A stretch of 64,000 nt of DNA from Pseudomonadota bacterium (GTDB lineage Bacteria > Bdellovibrionota > FAC87 > UBA2466). Below the pieces are notes generated by a model. That model did not search any database and had not been told where the DNA came from. It saw only the letters and a list, made by a program, of their open reading frames with translations. Location: the NCBI GenBank assembly GCA_009927165.1, contig RFNO01000038.1:13574-77573 (forward strand). Direction: 5' to 3'. Within the stretch, counting starts at the first letter, position 1. Every line of letters begins with the position of its first letter. Of the stretch, positions 15,540-28,653 are shown in pieces. The position numbers and the translations under genes are program-made.

Positions 15540-16538
15540 TTGAAGTACGCTACTAGCGTGATTTCGGTTATTCAATTACTTCTTCTAAAACTCAATCCAG
15601 AAATTGCACACCACATAGCAGTACGCCTTCTTTCCCTCTATCAGTTTTTTAAAACTAAAATACTAAGGCAAATCCCCCAAGGCGTTCTTTTGATCAAAGT
15701 TCCACGGCACTTCGAATGGAAATTGAGTTCACGATTAGGGATGGCAGCTGGCTTTGATAAGCAAGCTCAAGTGTTCCCAGCCCTTTTTCACTTGGGCTTT
15801 GGATTTGTAGAAGTGGGAACAGTTACCCCGTTGCCTCAGCCAGGGAATCCTCCCCCTAGAATTTGGAGAGTAGCCCCCCAAGCTTTGGTTAATCACTTCG
15901 GGTTTAACAGCATTGGTTTAGAAGTATTCAAAAAAAATATTCGGCACTATCGCCGACAAGCGCGGCTCCCGGTTCTAGCTAATATTGGGAAAAACAAGTC
16001 TACTCCCGCCGAAAATGCCTTGAGTGATTATGAAAGCTGCTTAAAGGCGCTTGAGGGTAATGTTGATGGTTTTGTCATTAATATCAGCTCGCCTAATACT
16101 CCAGGCTTAAGAGAACTTCAGTCTACAGAGTTTATAAGAGCGTTATGTAAAGTGCTTCCCTTGAGTTCACCGGTGCTGCTGAAATTAGCTCCTGACATTT
16201 CAATTTCCACGCTTCAAGAAATCTGCGAACTGGTGCTTAGCGAAGATTGTTTGTCTGGTCTAGTTTTAGTCAATACTTCACGAGAGTTGTCAGAAAAAAG
16301 AGGGTTCAGCCAGGGAGGATTGTCGGGACCCCCTCTGTTTTCGACAAGCATGGATTTTATTGAGAGAGCGAGACAGATTTTGCTCGGAAAAAAGATTATT
16401 ATTGGCGTCGGAGGAGTAAGTTCACTTGAGGAAGCACAACAAATGAGAGACTCCGGGGCAGATTTAATTGAAATTTACACAAGCTTTATTTATCAAGGGC
16501 CTAAACTGATAAAAACTATCAGCTCAAGGCTTCAGTAA
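15540..16538 (+). CDS. pyrD: dihydroorotate dehydrogenase (quinone), class 2
   Basis: Motifs GMAAGFDKQAQ, GFGFVEVGTVTPLPQPGNPPPRIWR, NIGKNK, INISSPNTPGLRELQ and GVGGV are present. TTG start. Confidence 0.9.
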   Translation: MKYATSVISVIQLLLLKLNPEIAHHIAVRLLSLYQFFKTKILRQIPQGVLLIKVPRHFEWKLSSRLGMAAGFDKQAQVFPALFHLGFGFVEVGTVTPLPQPGNPPPRIWRVAPQALVNHFGFNSIGLEVFKKNIRHYRRQARLPVLANIGKNKSTPAENALSDYESCLKALEGNVDGFVINISSPNTPGLRELQSTEFIRALCKVLPLSSPVLLKLAPDISISTLQEICELVLSEDCLSGLVLVNTSRELSEKRGFSQGGLSGPPLFSTSMDFIERARQILLGKKIIIGVGGVSSLEEAQQMRDSGADLIEIYTSFIYQGPKLIKTISSRLQ

Positions 16539-16541
16539 CTC

Positions 16542-19253
<2,712 letters not shown>

Positions 19254-19257
<4 letters not shown>

Positions 19258-20369
19258 AAGGACAAAGCGGAGTAAGTCAGGCCATGAGCTTTCGCCACCG
19301 CTTCGTGAACAACTTTACCTTGGTAGGTATTGAAGCCCTTAACAATAGCCGGTGAATTTTTTGCAGCCGTTTCCGGACCTTTTTCTGCAAGTTGCAAAGC
19401 GTACTTGAGCGTGACGTTGGTCAGCGCATACGTAGAGGTTCGAGAAACAGCTCCCGGCATATTCGTAACACAGTAGTGAATGACTCCCTCTTCGACGAAA
19501 GTCGGGCTTTCATGAGAAGTGGGCCGGCAGGTCTCCACGCAACCTCCCTGGTCGACTGCTATGTCTACAACAACAGAACCAGGGGACATGGATGCAATCG
19601 ATTTTCTTGATACGAGTTTGGGTGCTTTAGCTCCTGGCAGTAGCACCGAGCCAATCAGCAGATCGGCTTTGGAAACACTTTCTTCGATGTTGTCGATATT
19701 GGACATCAAGGTGAGGACGCGACCGGCAAAAATATGTTCGAGATATTCTAATCGCCGAGCATCTTGATCGATAATCGTGACCATGGCGCCCATTCCCAAA
19801 GCAACTTTGGCAGCATGAGATCCCGCTACACCCCCTCCTAAAACCACCACGTGCCCCGGCATTACTCCAGGAACTCCCCCGAGCAAAATCCCTTTTCCAG
19901 AATTCGTATTCCCCCAACTACTTTGGAGATAAAAAGCCCCTACTTGCGCAGACATTCTGCCCGCAACTTCACTCATGGGACGAAGTAGGGGAAGGGAATG
20001 ATCAGCTTCTTGAATGGTTTCATAGGCAATTCCGGTAACTTTTCTCTCCACCAAAACTTCTGTTAATTTTTTTTCAGCTGCGAGGTGAAGGTAAGTGAAC
20101 AGAATTTGTCCTGGGCGAAGTAACTCAAATTCAGAGAAGAGAGGTTCTTTGACTTTGATAACCATATCGGCGGCCCAAGCATCAGCTGCATGAGGAACAA
20201 TCGAAGCCCCTGCATTGACATAAGCCTCATCCGAAACACCACTGCCGAGGCCAGCGCCTTTTTGCACAAGTACTTTGTGGCCTTGGGCGGCTAGTGATTT
20301 TACGCCAGAGGGCACAAGCCCAACCCGATTTTCTCGGTTTTTAATCTCTTTAGGTACGCCGATGATCAC
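19254..20369 (-). CDS. ald: alanine dehydrogenase
   Basis: N-terminus MIIGVPKEIKNRENRVGLVPSGV, Rossmann motif VVVLGGGVAGSHAA, 371 aa. Confidence 0.92.
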
Positions 20370-20590
20370 GGTTTTTTCTCCGGTAAAAGGTCCAGAATAT
20401 CATTAGCCTCAATTTCGATGGGGCCTTTTTCTTCTGATTGGAACTGAAGCTTTCCGCGAAGTTTTCCCCCGGAAATTCGAATCCACGAATCAATAATCGT
20501 TCCGTGAAAGTATTTTCCCATCTTGTTGACGAGGGTGTATTTCCCCTTAGATTCCAATGCCTTATCTATTTTTTCTAGAATTGGAAACAT
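20366..20590 (-). CDS. small hypothetical protein (74 aa)
   Basis: The ORF's stop overlaps the ald start by 4 nt (ATGA), suggesting translational coupling. No family recognised. Confidence 0.4.
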   Translation of the reverse strand: MFPILEKIDKALESKGKYTLVNKMGKYFHGTIIDSWIRISGGKLRGKLQFQSEEKGPIEIEANDILDLLPEKKP

Positions 20591-20632
20591 GTGGCAAAAC
20601 TATAGCAGAGAGCCGTACGACGAGCAAGGAAA

Positions 20633-21919
20633 CTACCAGTAATTATTCTGTGGAACCGACCCGGGGACGTGAAGTTCAGCACTCAGGGCCGACGGTGCTG
20701 TTACTTCAACAAATAGCGACTGCCCCGCTTTATGGAGCTGGAGGGGATGGGGTTGACTATCTTCCGAGAAAATTTTGAAAGAGCGAAAAAGATCCGTCAA
20801 AGAAGTGGACCATAACAGGGGTTCAATCCAGTCGCCCTCTTGTCCTTGATGAACCAAGGAAGCTTCTTGAATTTGAAGCGTAATATGAGGCGAGCTGGGA
20901 TGAAAATCCACCACTTCCGCTTCATAAACGCGCAACCCTTTTTCTAAACGAGAAATCGGTTTGTCGAGACGTTCGATACCAAAAAGAGCGGGTTCCCAAG
21001 GAGCGGTAATCGGAAAATCTCGGTGAGATTGCCGTCGGAAATTGCCAAGTTGGATCTGGTCAAATTCCATGCAGAGCTTTTCTCTCTCTAAAATTACTCG
21101 AGGAATTCGAGGCGTTCCTGCTACGTCAAAAGACTGGGCTTGCTTCCAATTATCAATGAGTTGAAATGCAAAAGGAGGAAGAGTTTGGAGCAAAGTCTGG
21201 TAGCGCTGAGGTGTCTGGATGTGAAAATCCAAATATTGCATCAAACAGAGAGTTAATTTTGCCACTACTGAGGACGACCAAAGTACGGGTAACTCTCCTC
21301 GGGGAGCTGGCCATGGTTTCTGAAGTGCTTTAGTCACTCGATGACGAGATAACCACGGTTCTCTGAGCTCGGAGAGCAAGGAGGGAACGTCGGTCCGCCC
21401 TTTGAATACTTTGAATTGTTTTTGAGTGTTTCCGTGAGAAAAAGAAAACTGTGATTGTAGCCAGGCAAAAGTGGATGTTCCGGTTTTCTCGACTCCCTGA
21501 TCATTAGCAAACAAAAACTGTTGTGTCTCTTCGTGGTAGCAGGCATGAAACTTCTGAATATCTTGGTGTTCGAGAAGAGTCTTTCGATACGCAGTTTCCA
21601 AGAGACGATGGGTTTCAAACGAAGGCGGTTCTGTGGGTTTAAAAAGCGAATCTCGTTGGGGGGCAACTAACTGAGGCTCCCCCGTCAACATCCGAATCAG
21701 GTAATCAGGGTCGATGATCGATGAAACGAAAGTTTTAGGGCCCTGTTCAGTTTCCAAAACAAGTTGAACTCCCCCAGTTTGAAAGCTTCGAGCCCGAGAT
21801 TTCTTCATTTCAAAAGTGATTTCGGTTTGGAAACGAGTGTCTCCATAAAGTTCACAAGACTTAGCTCCGAGTGTTCGGGCAACTTCGAAAATGTTTTTTA
21901 AACGGTTAGGATTTAGCAT
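20633..21919 (-). CDS. divergent PmbA/TldD-family (metalloprotease-like) protein
   Basis: The N-terminal pattern (VARTLGAKSCELYGDTRFQTEITFEMKKSRARSFQTGGVQLVL) and the ~430 aa size resemble PmbA/TldD. Weak, from memory only. Confidence 0.35.
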   Translation of the reverse strand: MLNPNRLKNIFEVARTLGAKSCELYGDTRFQTEITFEMKKSRARSFQTGGVQLVLETEQGPKTFVSSIIDPDYLIRMLTGEPQLVAPQRDSLFKPTEPPSFETHRLLETAYRKTLLEHQDIQKFHACYHEETQQFLFANDQGVEKTGTSTFAWLQSQFSFSHGNTQKQFKVFKGRTDVPSLLSELREPWLSRHRVTKALQKPWPAPRGELPVLWSSSVVAKLTLCLMQYLDFHIQTPQRYQTLLQTLPPFAFQLIDNWKQAQSFDVAGTPRIPRVILEREKLCMEFDQIQLGNFRRQSHRDFPITAPWEPALFGIERLDKPISRLEKGLRVYEAEVVDFHPSSPHITLQIQEASLVHQGQEGDWIEPLLWSTSLTDLFRSFKIFSEDSQPHPLQLHKAGQSLFVEVTAPSALSAELHVPGSVPQNNYW

Positions 21920-22016
21920 GTGCGTTGAACGGGTTTGGCGTGCCGCATCTAGAGTTCAAAGGTTTTTTAGCGGATTATCCTCGAAATCTACGTGGCCCAC
22001 CGGATAGAATAATACC

Positions 22017-22757
22017 ATGCAGATAAAGGTTAAACACAGACCTAATTTTAAATATCCCTTGCTGTCTTTCGCCTTTCTCCCTGGATTATTCTTTCTGATG
22101 AGTTGTGCGAGTTCAGAAGTTCAAAAAGAGGTTCAGAAACGAGTAGGTTTAGAAAAGAAAGTAGCTTTTCTGGAACAAAAAATTTTGGATCAGAAAAAGG
22201 AATTGATGAGTTTGAAGGGAAATGTGGCAACCAAGAATGATTGGTCAGTTCTGCATTTGGAAGCAAAAGTAAAAGAACTGGAAGGGGCTACTGAAAAAAG
22301 TATGGCTTTGCCCCCAGTGACTGCATTTGTGTCTCCGCACGAAGATACCGTCGCCGATTCATCTGATGAAGCTATGCACCTATACTATGAGGGCACTCAG
22401 GAATTAAAAGAAAAAAAATATGATAGTGCAGTAAAAAGTTTTAATGATTTCCTAAGTGAAAACCCTGATCATGTTTATGCTGATCGGGCCCAATTTATGA
22501 TTCTTGAAGCCCATTTGGAGAATCGAGAGTATGGCCTCGCTTTAGTAGCGTCCAATGTCTTGGAAAATCGATACCCTCACAGCTTGAAACTACCTAATGC
22601 CCTCTTTAAAAGAGCTCTGTGTTTCTTGGGCCTTGAGCAGAAAGCCAAAGGGATTCAGGCCTTAAAAACGGTGTTGTCAAACTACCCCCAAAGTTCTGTT
22701 GCGCCGATCGCTTCGGAGCGATTGGCGACCCTCACCGAGGATCGGAGAATGCCATGA
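22017..22757 (+). CDS. ybgF: YbgF/CpoB-like Tol-Pal-associated TPR protein
   Basis: It has a signal/lipoprotein-like N-terminus (LFFLMSCASS), a coiled-coil segment, then TPR repeats ending ...VLSNYPQSSVAPIASERLATL, as in YbgF. Confidence 0.6.
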   Translation: MQIKVKHRPNFKYPLLSFAFLPGLFFLMSCASSEVQKEVQKRVGLEKKVAFLEQKILDQKKELMSLKGNVATKNDWSVLHLEAKVKELEGATEKSMALPPVTAFVSPHEDTVADSSDEAMHLYYEGTQELKEKKYDSAVKSFNDFLSENPDHVYADRAQFMILEAHLENREYGLALVASNVLENRYPHSLKLPNALFKRALCFLGLEQKAKGIQALKTVLSNYPQSSVAPIASERLATLTEDRRMP

Positions 22758-23920
22758 AGATTTTTTGGCTGAGTTTATGTTTTCTGATCGGGACAAGTAG
22801 CTTTGCAGGCAACGATGTCTATCAGTTATTCGAGGACCCAAAGAAAGGTCCCGAGAGATTAAAGAAATGGCGAATTCCCGAGCCGTTGTCGGAAGAAGAG
22901 TGGGAACGCATTGTTGGGACTGGAACCAATGATTACACTGTAAAGAGCGGCGATACCCTCTCAAAGATTAGTAAGAAGGAGCTCGGAAATCGGGATTACT
23001 GGCCTAAGCTTTGGGAAGTGAATCGTGAGGGTATTACCAATCCGCACCTCATTGAGCCAGACCAACAGCTTACTTACACAAAAAAGTCCCAACCCACGAG
23101 GACAACTGCAGCTGAAGCTTCTGCTGCTCCTGCGCAAACAGCCCCGCTTCAGCCAGGAAAAGCGGTGGATATTGAGGAAGGTCTTGAGCTGAGTCGTTTG
23201 CGCTTTAGTAATTCCCATCGACTCAGATTTTTTTTCCTGGGCGATGAACAAATGCTTGGCATTGTTACAGGGTCTTATCAAGACGGTAATAGTTTTCTTG
23301 CTGGGCAGGAGCTTTTTGTGGGCGCTTTTGATAAAAACCGAGTTCTTCCCGGAAAATCTTACATTGTAGTTCGTGAGGTTTCCTCGGTTCCCGATAAAAT
23401 CAAAGCGTTTGGTGACTTCGGAAAACTTCTTCAAGTAGTGGGAGAAGTAAAAATCGACCAGTACGGAGATGATTTAGCTAAAGCGATTGTGGTTCAGGCC
23501 TTTGATCTTTTGCAGAGGGGAGATCGTTTGATTGAGCTTTCCCCTATCAAAACTAATGAGAAACCTGAGGTACCCCCTGCTAACTTAAGTTGTCGAATTA
23601 TGTTCGGGGAGAACTTAGATTCTAATCAACTTTTTCGGGGAAACTTAGTTGTTGTAGATAAAGGTATTGAAGCGGGAATGAAAACCGGATTTGTTTTTAG
23701 AGTATTCGATGACGTTGATAATCATGGGAATGTAAAATTAATTGAACCTCGTTCAAAAGGCGAAATTAAAATTGCTTATGTAGGAAAAAAAAGTAGCGTT
23801 GGCCTGGTGACAAAAAATCGAGATCCTCTTAAGCCGGGGGAAGTCCTGGTATCCCCGAGCATCCTCGAAGAGAACACTCTCGGCATCAAAAAGCTGAGAG
23901 AAACTGTGTTGATAGATTAG
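22754..23920 (+). CDS. LysM peptidoglycan-binding domain protein
   Basis: A signal peptide is present, plus a LysM motif (YTVKSGDTLSKISKKELGNRDYWPKLWEVNREGITNPHLIEPDQQLTY). ATGA overlap with the upstream gene. Confidence 0.7.
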   Translation: MKIFWLSLCFLIGTSSFAGNDVYQLFEDPKKGPERLKKWRIPEPLSEEEWERIVGTGTNDYTVKSGDTLSKISKKELGNRDYWPKLWEVNREGITNPHLIEPDQQLTYTKKSQPTRTTAAEASAAPAQTAPLQPGKAVDIEEGLELSRLRFSNSHRLRFFFLGDEQMLGIVTGSYQDGNSFLAGQELFVGAFDKNRVLPGKSYIVVREVSSVPDKIKAFGDFGKLLQVVGEVKIDQYGDDLAKAIVVQAFDLLQRGDRLIELSPIKTNEKPEVPPANLSCRIMFGENLDSNQLFRGNLVVVDKGIEAGMKTGFVFRVFDDVDNHGNVKLIEPRSKGEIKIAYVGKKSSVGLVTKNRDPLKPGEVLVSPSILEENTLGIKKLRETVLID

Positions 23921-23973
23921 TTTGAGCTAAATGCATCCCCTGCTTTCTTGCTAAACAAAAAAAGCTCTTTTAA

Positions 23974-24912
23974 TTGTCCTCTATGACTATTAGGGACAGT
24001 TTGAAGATTGCACTGAAGTGGTTAGATTCCGACCGGTTTTCTGAAGAAAAAATCGATCGCATCCTTAACTGGTGTGAAAAAAATCAAACCCTTATTCTCT
24101 TTCGGGAAAACTTACCTCCTTTACTCAAACAGATCCCGCTCACTCCTCAAGTCCTTTTCATTAAAGGCTCGCTAGAAACACTCTTTTCGCCGTTGATTGG
24201 AATTGTGGGGGCCCGAAAAGCATCCTCGTACGGATTGGCTTGTGCTTTTAAATTTGCACGTCAGATTTCTGCCTGTGGAGTCGGGGTGGTGAGTGGTCTT
24301 GCCCGAGGAGTGGATGGGGTAGCTCATCAAGGGGCATTAACTGGGGGAGGAAAAACAATAGCAGTGTTGGGATCGGGGTTTACTCATATTTACCCCCGGG
24401 AGCATCAATGGCTTGCCGCTCAAATCCTTGAAAAAGGAGGAACTTGGGTAAGCGAATATCCTCCTTTTACTCCGCCCCTAGCCCATCATTTTCCTCACCG
24501 GAATCGGATTATTTCCGGAATGAGCTTAGGCACTCTCGTAGTGGAAGCAAAAAAGAAAAGCGGTTCCTTGATTACGGCACTCTCTGGATTAAATCAGGGA
24601 AGAGAAGTGTTTGTGGTTCCCGGTCCTATCGATGATGAGAGGTTTCAAGGAGGCCATGAGCTTATTCAACAGGGGGCTAAATTGGTAACTGAACTGAAAG
24701 ATGTAGTTGATGAACTCCCATTGCTTTTATCTGCTGAAAAGTTTCAGCGGCTTGGGGGAAAAAATCCATTTAAGTTTGCTGAGTCTTTTACTTTAGCCGA
24801 TTGGTTGGAAGGTGCTGAAAATAACGAGCTTCGCGACCTGCAGCACCTCATTTCCCAAGGCCAAATTATTGAGATTGCGCCTCAACGCTACTTGTCTATC
24901 GGAAATGTCTAG
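23974..24912 (+). CDS. dprA: DNA-processing protein DprA
   Basis: GIVGARKASSYG...VVSGLARGVDGVAHQGAL...HFPHRNRIISG are present. Synteny with smg and topA supports the call. Start is uncertain (TTG 23974 or ATG 23983). Confidence 0.85.
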   Translation: MSSMTIRDSLKIALKWLDSDRFSEEKIDRILNWCEKNQTLILFRENLPPLLKQIPLTPQVLFIKGSLETLFSPLIGIVGARKASSYGLACAFKFARQISACGVGVVSGLARGVDGVAHQGALTGGGKTIAVLGSGFTHIYPREHQWLAAQILEKGGTWVSEYPPFTPPLAHHFPHRNRIISGMSLGTLVVEAKKKSGSLITALSGLNQGREVFVVPGPIDDERFQGGHELIQQGAKLVTELKDVVDELPLLLSAEKFQRLGGKNPFKFAESFTLADWLEGAENNELRDLQHLISQGQIIEIAPQRYLSIGNV

Positions 24913-24983
24913 AGCAAACCAACTTGCCAAATCACCATTTTTTAAGAACAATTAAATAAACAGCAGGCAAACTAAAAGAAAAC

Positions 24984-25436
24984 TTGCGACAAAAAATCTT
25001 AAACATTCTGGGGCATCTTTCGCAAAGTCTGCAAAAAGATCAGGACCTGTTTTATGATGCGGATAAGATTTGGGAAGAGCTGAGTGGTCAGGGATTCTCG
25101 GAAGAAGATATTTTGGCTACACTTTCTCACATAGAAAAAACTACGTTAGAAGAGATTGGACCTTTTTGGAGTGAGGAAATACCGGTTTGTCGTGTTTATT
25201 CTTCCAAAGAAGCATCGCAGATCAGCAAACGAGCCCGCGGATACTTGTGGAAGCTCAAAGTCCGCGGAATTATTGATCATGCTTTAGAAGATGAAATTAT
25301 TCAAAAAGCAATGGATCTGGAAGGTGAGACAACGCTAAGAGAAATAAAAACCGTTGCCGCTCTTACTCTTTTCGGTTATGAGCACAAATCTCACACTGAG
25401 ACAAACTTTGGTTTTTCTGATTCTTTTTTAAACTAA
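24984..25436 (+). CDS. smg: Smg (DUF494) protein
   Basis: ~150 aa acidic protein located between dprA and topA, the classical position. TTG start. Confidence 0.65.
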   Translation: MRQKILNILGHLSQSLQKDQDLFYDADKIWEELSGQGFSEEDILATLSHIEKTTLEEIGPFWSEEIPVCRVYSSKEASQISKRARGYLWKLKVRGIIDHALEDEIIQKAMDLEGETTLREIKTVAALTLFGYEHKSHTETNFGFSDSFLN

Positions 25437-25474
25437 TTTGTAATTTTGGAATCGTTCAGGGTGACTGGGAACTC

Positions 25475-27847
25475 ATGGAAGCTGCTAAAGTAAAAAAGAA
25501 ATCGTCTACGAAGGCTAAAAAGCCCGCGAAAAGCACTCAAGAAGCGGTGGAAGTTTCGTCTAGTCGTGGGCGAGCTTCTAAAGGGTTAGTTGTAGTAGAG
25601 TCTCCCGCCAAAGCAAAGACCCTGAAGAAATATCTGGGAAAAAATTTCGATGTAAAAGCTTCGGTCGGACATATTTTGGACTTGCCCAAAAGCAATTTGG
25701 GGGTGGATTTAGAGCATGATTTTCAGCCCACCTATGAATTAATTAAAGGCAAGACGAAAGTCGTTGAAGAGCTCAAAAAAGCGGCACTCAATGCTCAAAA
25801 AATTTACCTGGCAGCTGACCCTGATAGAGAAGGGGAAGCTATCGCATGGCACATCATTGAGGTTTTGAAACTCCCCGAAGATCAAGTTCATCGAGTCTTG
25901 TTTCATGAAATTACAAAGCCTGCGGTTTTGAAAGCCATCGAAAACCCTGTGCGAATGTCTAAGGAACGTTATGAGTCTCAACAGGCGCGTCGGGTCCTGG
26001 ATAGATTAGTAGGCTACAAGATTTCTCCGATCCTGTGGACCAAAGTTAGACGAGGTCTATCGGCGGGTCGTGTACAAAGTGTTGCAGTTCGAATGATTGT
26101 TGAGCGAGAAAAAGAAGTTTTGGCGTTTCAACCCAAAGCTTATTGGACGATTGAATCTTTGTTAGAAGCTGAAGGGAAAAAGTTCCCTGGTCGTCTTGTT
26201 AAAATAGAAGATAAGAAAGTTGAAAGAACAGATATCGACAAAGAAGAGTGGGCGCAAGAAATAGTACGAGATGCAAAAACTGCAGATTGGAAAATAAGCA
26301 ATATCACCCAAAAACAACGGAGACGGAATCCCGATCCCCCCTTTATCACTTCCACGCTTCAACAAGAGGCCTCAAAACGATTGTACTTCAGTGCAAAAAA
26401 AACCATGACCCTTGCTCAGCAGTTGTATGAAGGGATTGAGCTTGGGGAAATGGGGGCTCAAGGTCTGATTACGTACATGAGAACAGACTCTACTCGTTTG
26501 TCCGATGATGCCATTCAACAAGCTCGAAACATTATTCGTGATATTTTGGGTAAGGAATATCTCCCGAACAGTCCTTTAGAATACCGAAATAAGAAGAATG
26601 CCCAAGATGCTCACGAAGCGATTAGGCCAACATCGGTCGATTTTACTCCGGAAAAAGTGAAGGCCTATCTTGAGCCTGATCAGTACAAATTGTATGAGTT
26701 GATCTGGAAACGTTACCTGGCTTCCCAAATGGAGCAGGCTATTTTCGACCAAACCTCTGTGGATATGGATGCCGTTGCAAAAAACGGTAAAAAATATGGC
26801 TTTCGAGCAAATGGCTCCGTGCTTCGTTTCGATGGTTTTTTAGTCATGTGGCAAACGGAAGATGAAAAGAATCAGGATGAAGGAGATTCTGTTCAACTTC
26901 CTGATTTGACAAACAAATCGAAGCTGAAAAGCCACGATGTTAAAGAAGAAAAACATTTTACGCAACCGCCTCCAAGATACTCCGAAAGCTCGCTGATTAA
27001 GGAACTGGAAGAGAAAGGAATCGGTCGTCCATCTACTTACGCTTCTATTTTGAGCACTATCCAAGATCGCAAGTATGTGGAGAAAAAGGAAAACCGATTT
27101 TACCCAACTGAGCTCGGAAATTTAGTTACAGAACTGCTCGTGGAAAGCTTTTCAGACATTCTTAACGTGCAATTTACCGCTAACTTAGAAGATCAACTCG
27201 ATCAAATCGAGGAAGGAAAAGCAAATTGGATTAAAACACTCAGAGATTTTTACGTTCCTTTTGAGAAAGATCTTGCAACAGCTGCTGAAAAAATGCGCAA
27301 CATCAAGCGCGAGGAAACTGTTACTGATTTAAAATGTCCCAAGTGCGATAAACCAGTCATTCTCAAATGGGGCAAGAACGGTAAATTTGCTGCTTGCCAA
27401 GGTTATCCGGATTGCCGATTTACCAGTGAATACACAGTAGACGATGGAAAAGTTAAATTAGTGGAACAGCAAGTAACTGATGAAAAGTGTCCCAACTGTA
27501 GTGCGCCGATGATGGTAAAAACAGGAAGGTTTGGAAAGTTCTTGGCTTGTTCTACTTATCCTACTTGTAAAACAACTAAACCAATTACTACAGGAATCGC
27601 ATGTCCTGATTGTGGCCAGGGCGAACTTTCTGAAAAACGAACCCGGTTCGGCAAAGTGTTTTACAGCTGTACTAAATATCCTAATTGTAAGTACGCCATG
27701 TGGGATAAACCCATCAAGGGAAGAACGTGTCCGCAGTGCAGTTACCCGTTTCTGGCCGAGCATTACACCAAAAAAGAAGGGGCTTCCGTTCGTTGCCCAA
27801 ATAAGGAATGCGGATTCGTAGAAAAAGTGGAAACGCCTGCTCAATAG
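25475..27847 (+). CDS. topA: DNA topoisomerase I
   Basis: Toprim N-terminus (LVVVESPAKAKTLKKYLG, ADPDREGEAIAWH), catalytic Tyr region (ITYMRTDS) and four C-terminal CxxC...CxxC zinc ribbons are present. Confidence 0.95.
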   Translation: MEAAKVKKKSSTKAKKPAKSTQEAVEVSSSRGRASKGLVVVESPAKAKTLKKYLGKNFDVKASVGHILDLPKSNLGVDLEHDFQPTYELIKGKTKVVEELKKAALNAQKIYLAADPDREGEAIAWHIIEVLKLPEDQVHRVLFHEITKPAVLKAIENPVRMSKERYESQQARRVLDRLVGYKISPILWTKVRRGLSAGRVQSVAVRMIVEREKEVLAFQPKAYWTIESLLEAEGKKFPGRLVKIEDKKVERTDIDKEEWAQEIVRDAKTADWKISNITQKQRRRNPDPPFITSTLQQEASKRLYFSAKKTMTLAQQLYEGIELGEMGAQGLITYMRTDSTRLSDDAIQQARNIIRDILGKEYLPNSPLEYRNKKNAQDAHEAIRPTSVDFTPEKVKAYLEPDQYKLYELIWKRYLASQMEQAIFDQTSVDMDAVAKNGKKYGFRANGSVLRFDGFLVMWQTEDEKNQDEGDSVQLPDLTNKSKLKSHDVKEEKHFTQPPPRYSESSLIKELEEKGIGRPSTYASILSTIQDRKYVEKKENRFYPTELGNLVTELLVESFSDILNVQFTANLEDQLDQIEEGKANWIKTLRDFYVPFEKDLATAAEKMRNIKREETVTDLKCPKCDKPVILKWGKNGKFAACQGYPDCRFTSEYTVDDGKVKLVEQQVTDEKCPNCSAPMMVKTGRFGKFLACSTYPTCKTTKPITTGIACPDCGQGELSEKRTRFGKVFYSCTKYPNCKYAMWDKPIKGRTCPQCSYPFLAEHYTKKEGASVRCPNKECGFVEKVETPAQ

Positions 27848-27908
27848 CTACTGCGACTTCTCCAGCAATCGTTTGCCTTTCGCAAGTAATCAGTGTTAAA
27901 TTCTAGAA

Positions 27909-28412
27909 ATGATGAAACTAATTTACTCTTTACTGTTACTTCTTGGGACTTCAGCAATGGCTCTGGATGGGGTTTACGTCGGGGGCGAGCTAGGTCAGAT
28001 CAGTCTTACGGGGACAACAAAAAGTGTTTACAATAACGCGATTGGGTTTGGTCTTGATGTGGGTTTTCGCATCAACCCAACGCTAGATGTCATGTTTCAA
28101 TCTCAAATGAGTTCTCATAGTGGACTTGCACCCAATTTAAAAATTTATAGTCAAACACTCGGAGCAAATCTTCATTTCGGAATGACAGATTTTGATTTCA
28201 CGTTAGGAATGGGCCCAGGTTTTTATACTTATGACTCAGGAGTCAGTGAAACTCACTTTGGAATTCATGGAGATGTGGGAGCCGATGTTGTGGTTTCTGA
28301 TGGCATGAGAGTGGGTTTGGGGCTTCGTTACCACTCACTATTAGGTGCTACTGGAATGGATGACTATTGGTCCTTGATGATGAGAGTGGGTTATATTTTT
28401 GGCATGAATTAA
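27909..28412 (+). CDS. small outer-membrane beta-barrel protein (OmpA-like/opacity-type 8-strand barrel)
   Basis: It has a signal peptide, alternating aromatic/Gly strands, and a C-terminal ...MMRVGYIFGMN. Confidence 0.55.
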   Translation: MMKLIYSLLLLLGTSAMALDGVYVGGELGQISLTGTTKSVYNNAIGFGLDVGFRINPTLDVMFQSQMSSHSGLAPNLKIYSQTLGANLHFGMTDFDFTLGMGPGFYTYDSGVSETHFGIHGDVGADVVVSDGMRVGLGLRYHSLLGATGMDDYWSLMMRVGYIFGMN

Positions 28413-28425
28413 GAAGCTGGACTCC

Positions 28426-28641
28426 ATGGCATCAAAAATCATCTCCAACATGGCGGGCACCTTGTTAGAAGTTAGTGTTAAAGTAGGGGACTCGGTTAAA
28501 TCAGGTCAAGAAGTCGCTATTCTTGAGTCCATGAAAATGGAAGTGCCCCTGATGAGTTCTCAGGCCGGTAAAGTAATCACCATCATGAAAAACAAAGGGG
28601 ATTTTGTTAATGAAGGTGAAGCAGTCATAGAATTAGCTTAA
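28426..28641 (+). CDS. stand-alone biotinyl/lipoyl-domain carrier protein (BCCP-like, 71 aa)
   Basis: Biotinylation-type motif ILESMKMEVPL (compare EAMKM) within a typical ~70-aa hammerhead domain. Confidence 0.8.
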   Translation: MASKIISNMAGTLLEVSVKVGDSVKSGQEVAILESMKMEVPLMSSQAGKVITIMKNKGDFVNEGEAVIELA

Positions 28642-28653
28642 AAGTGGAGCTAC

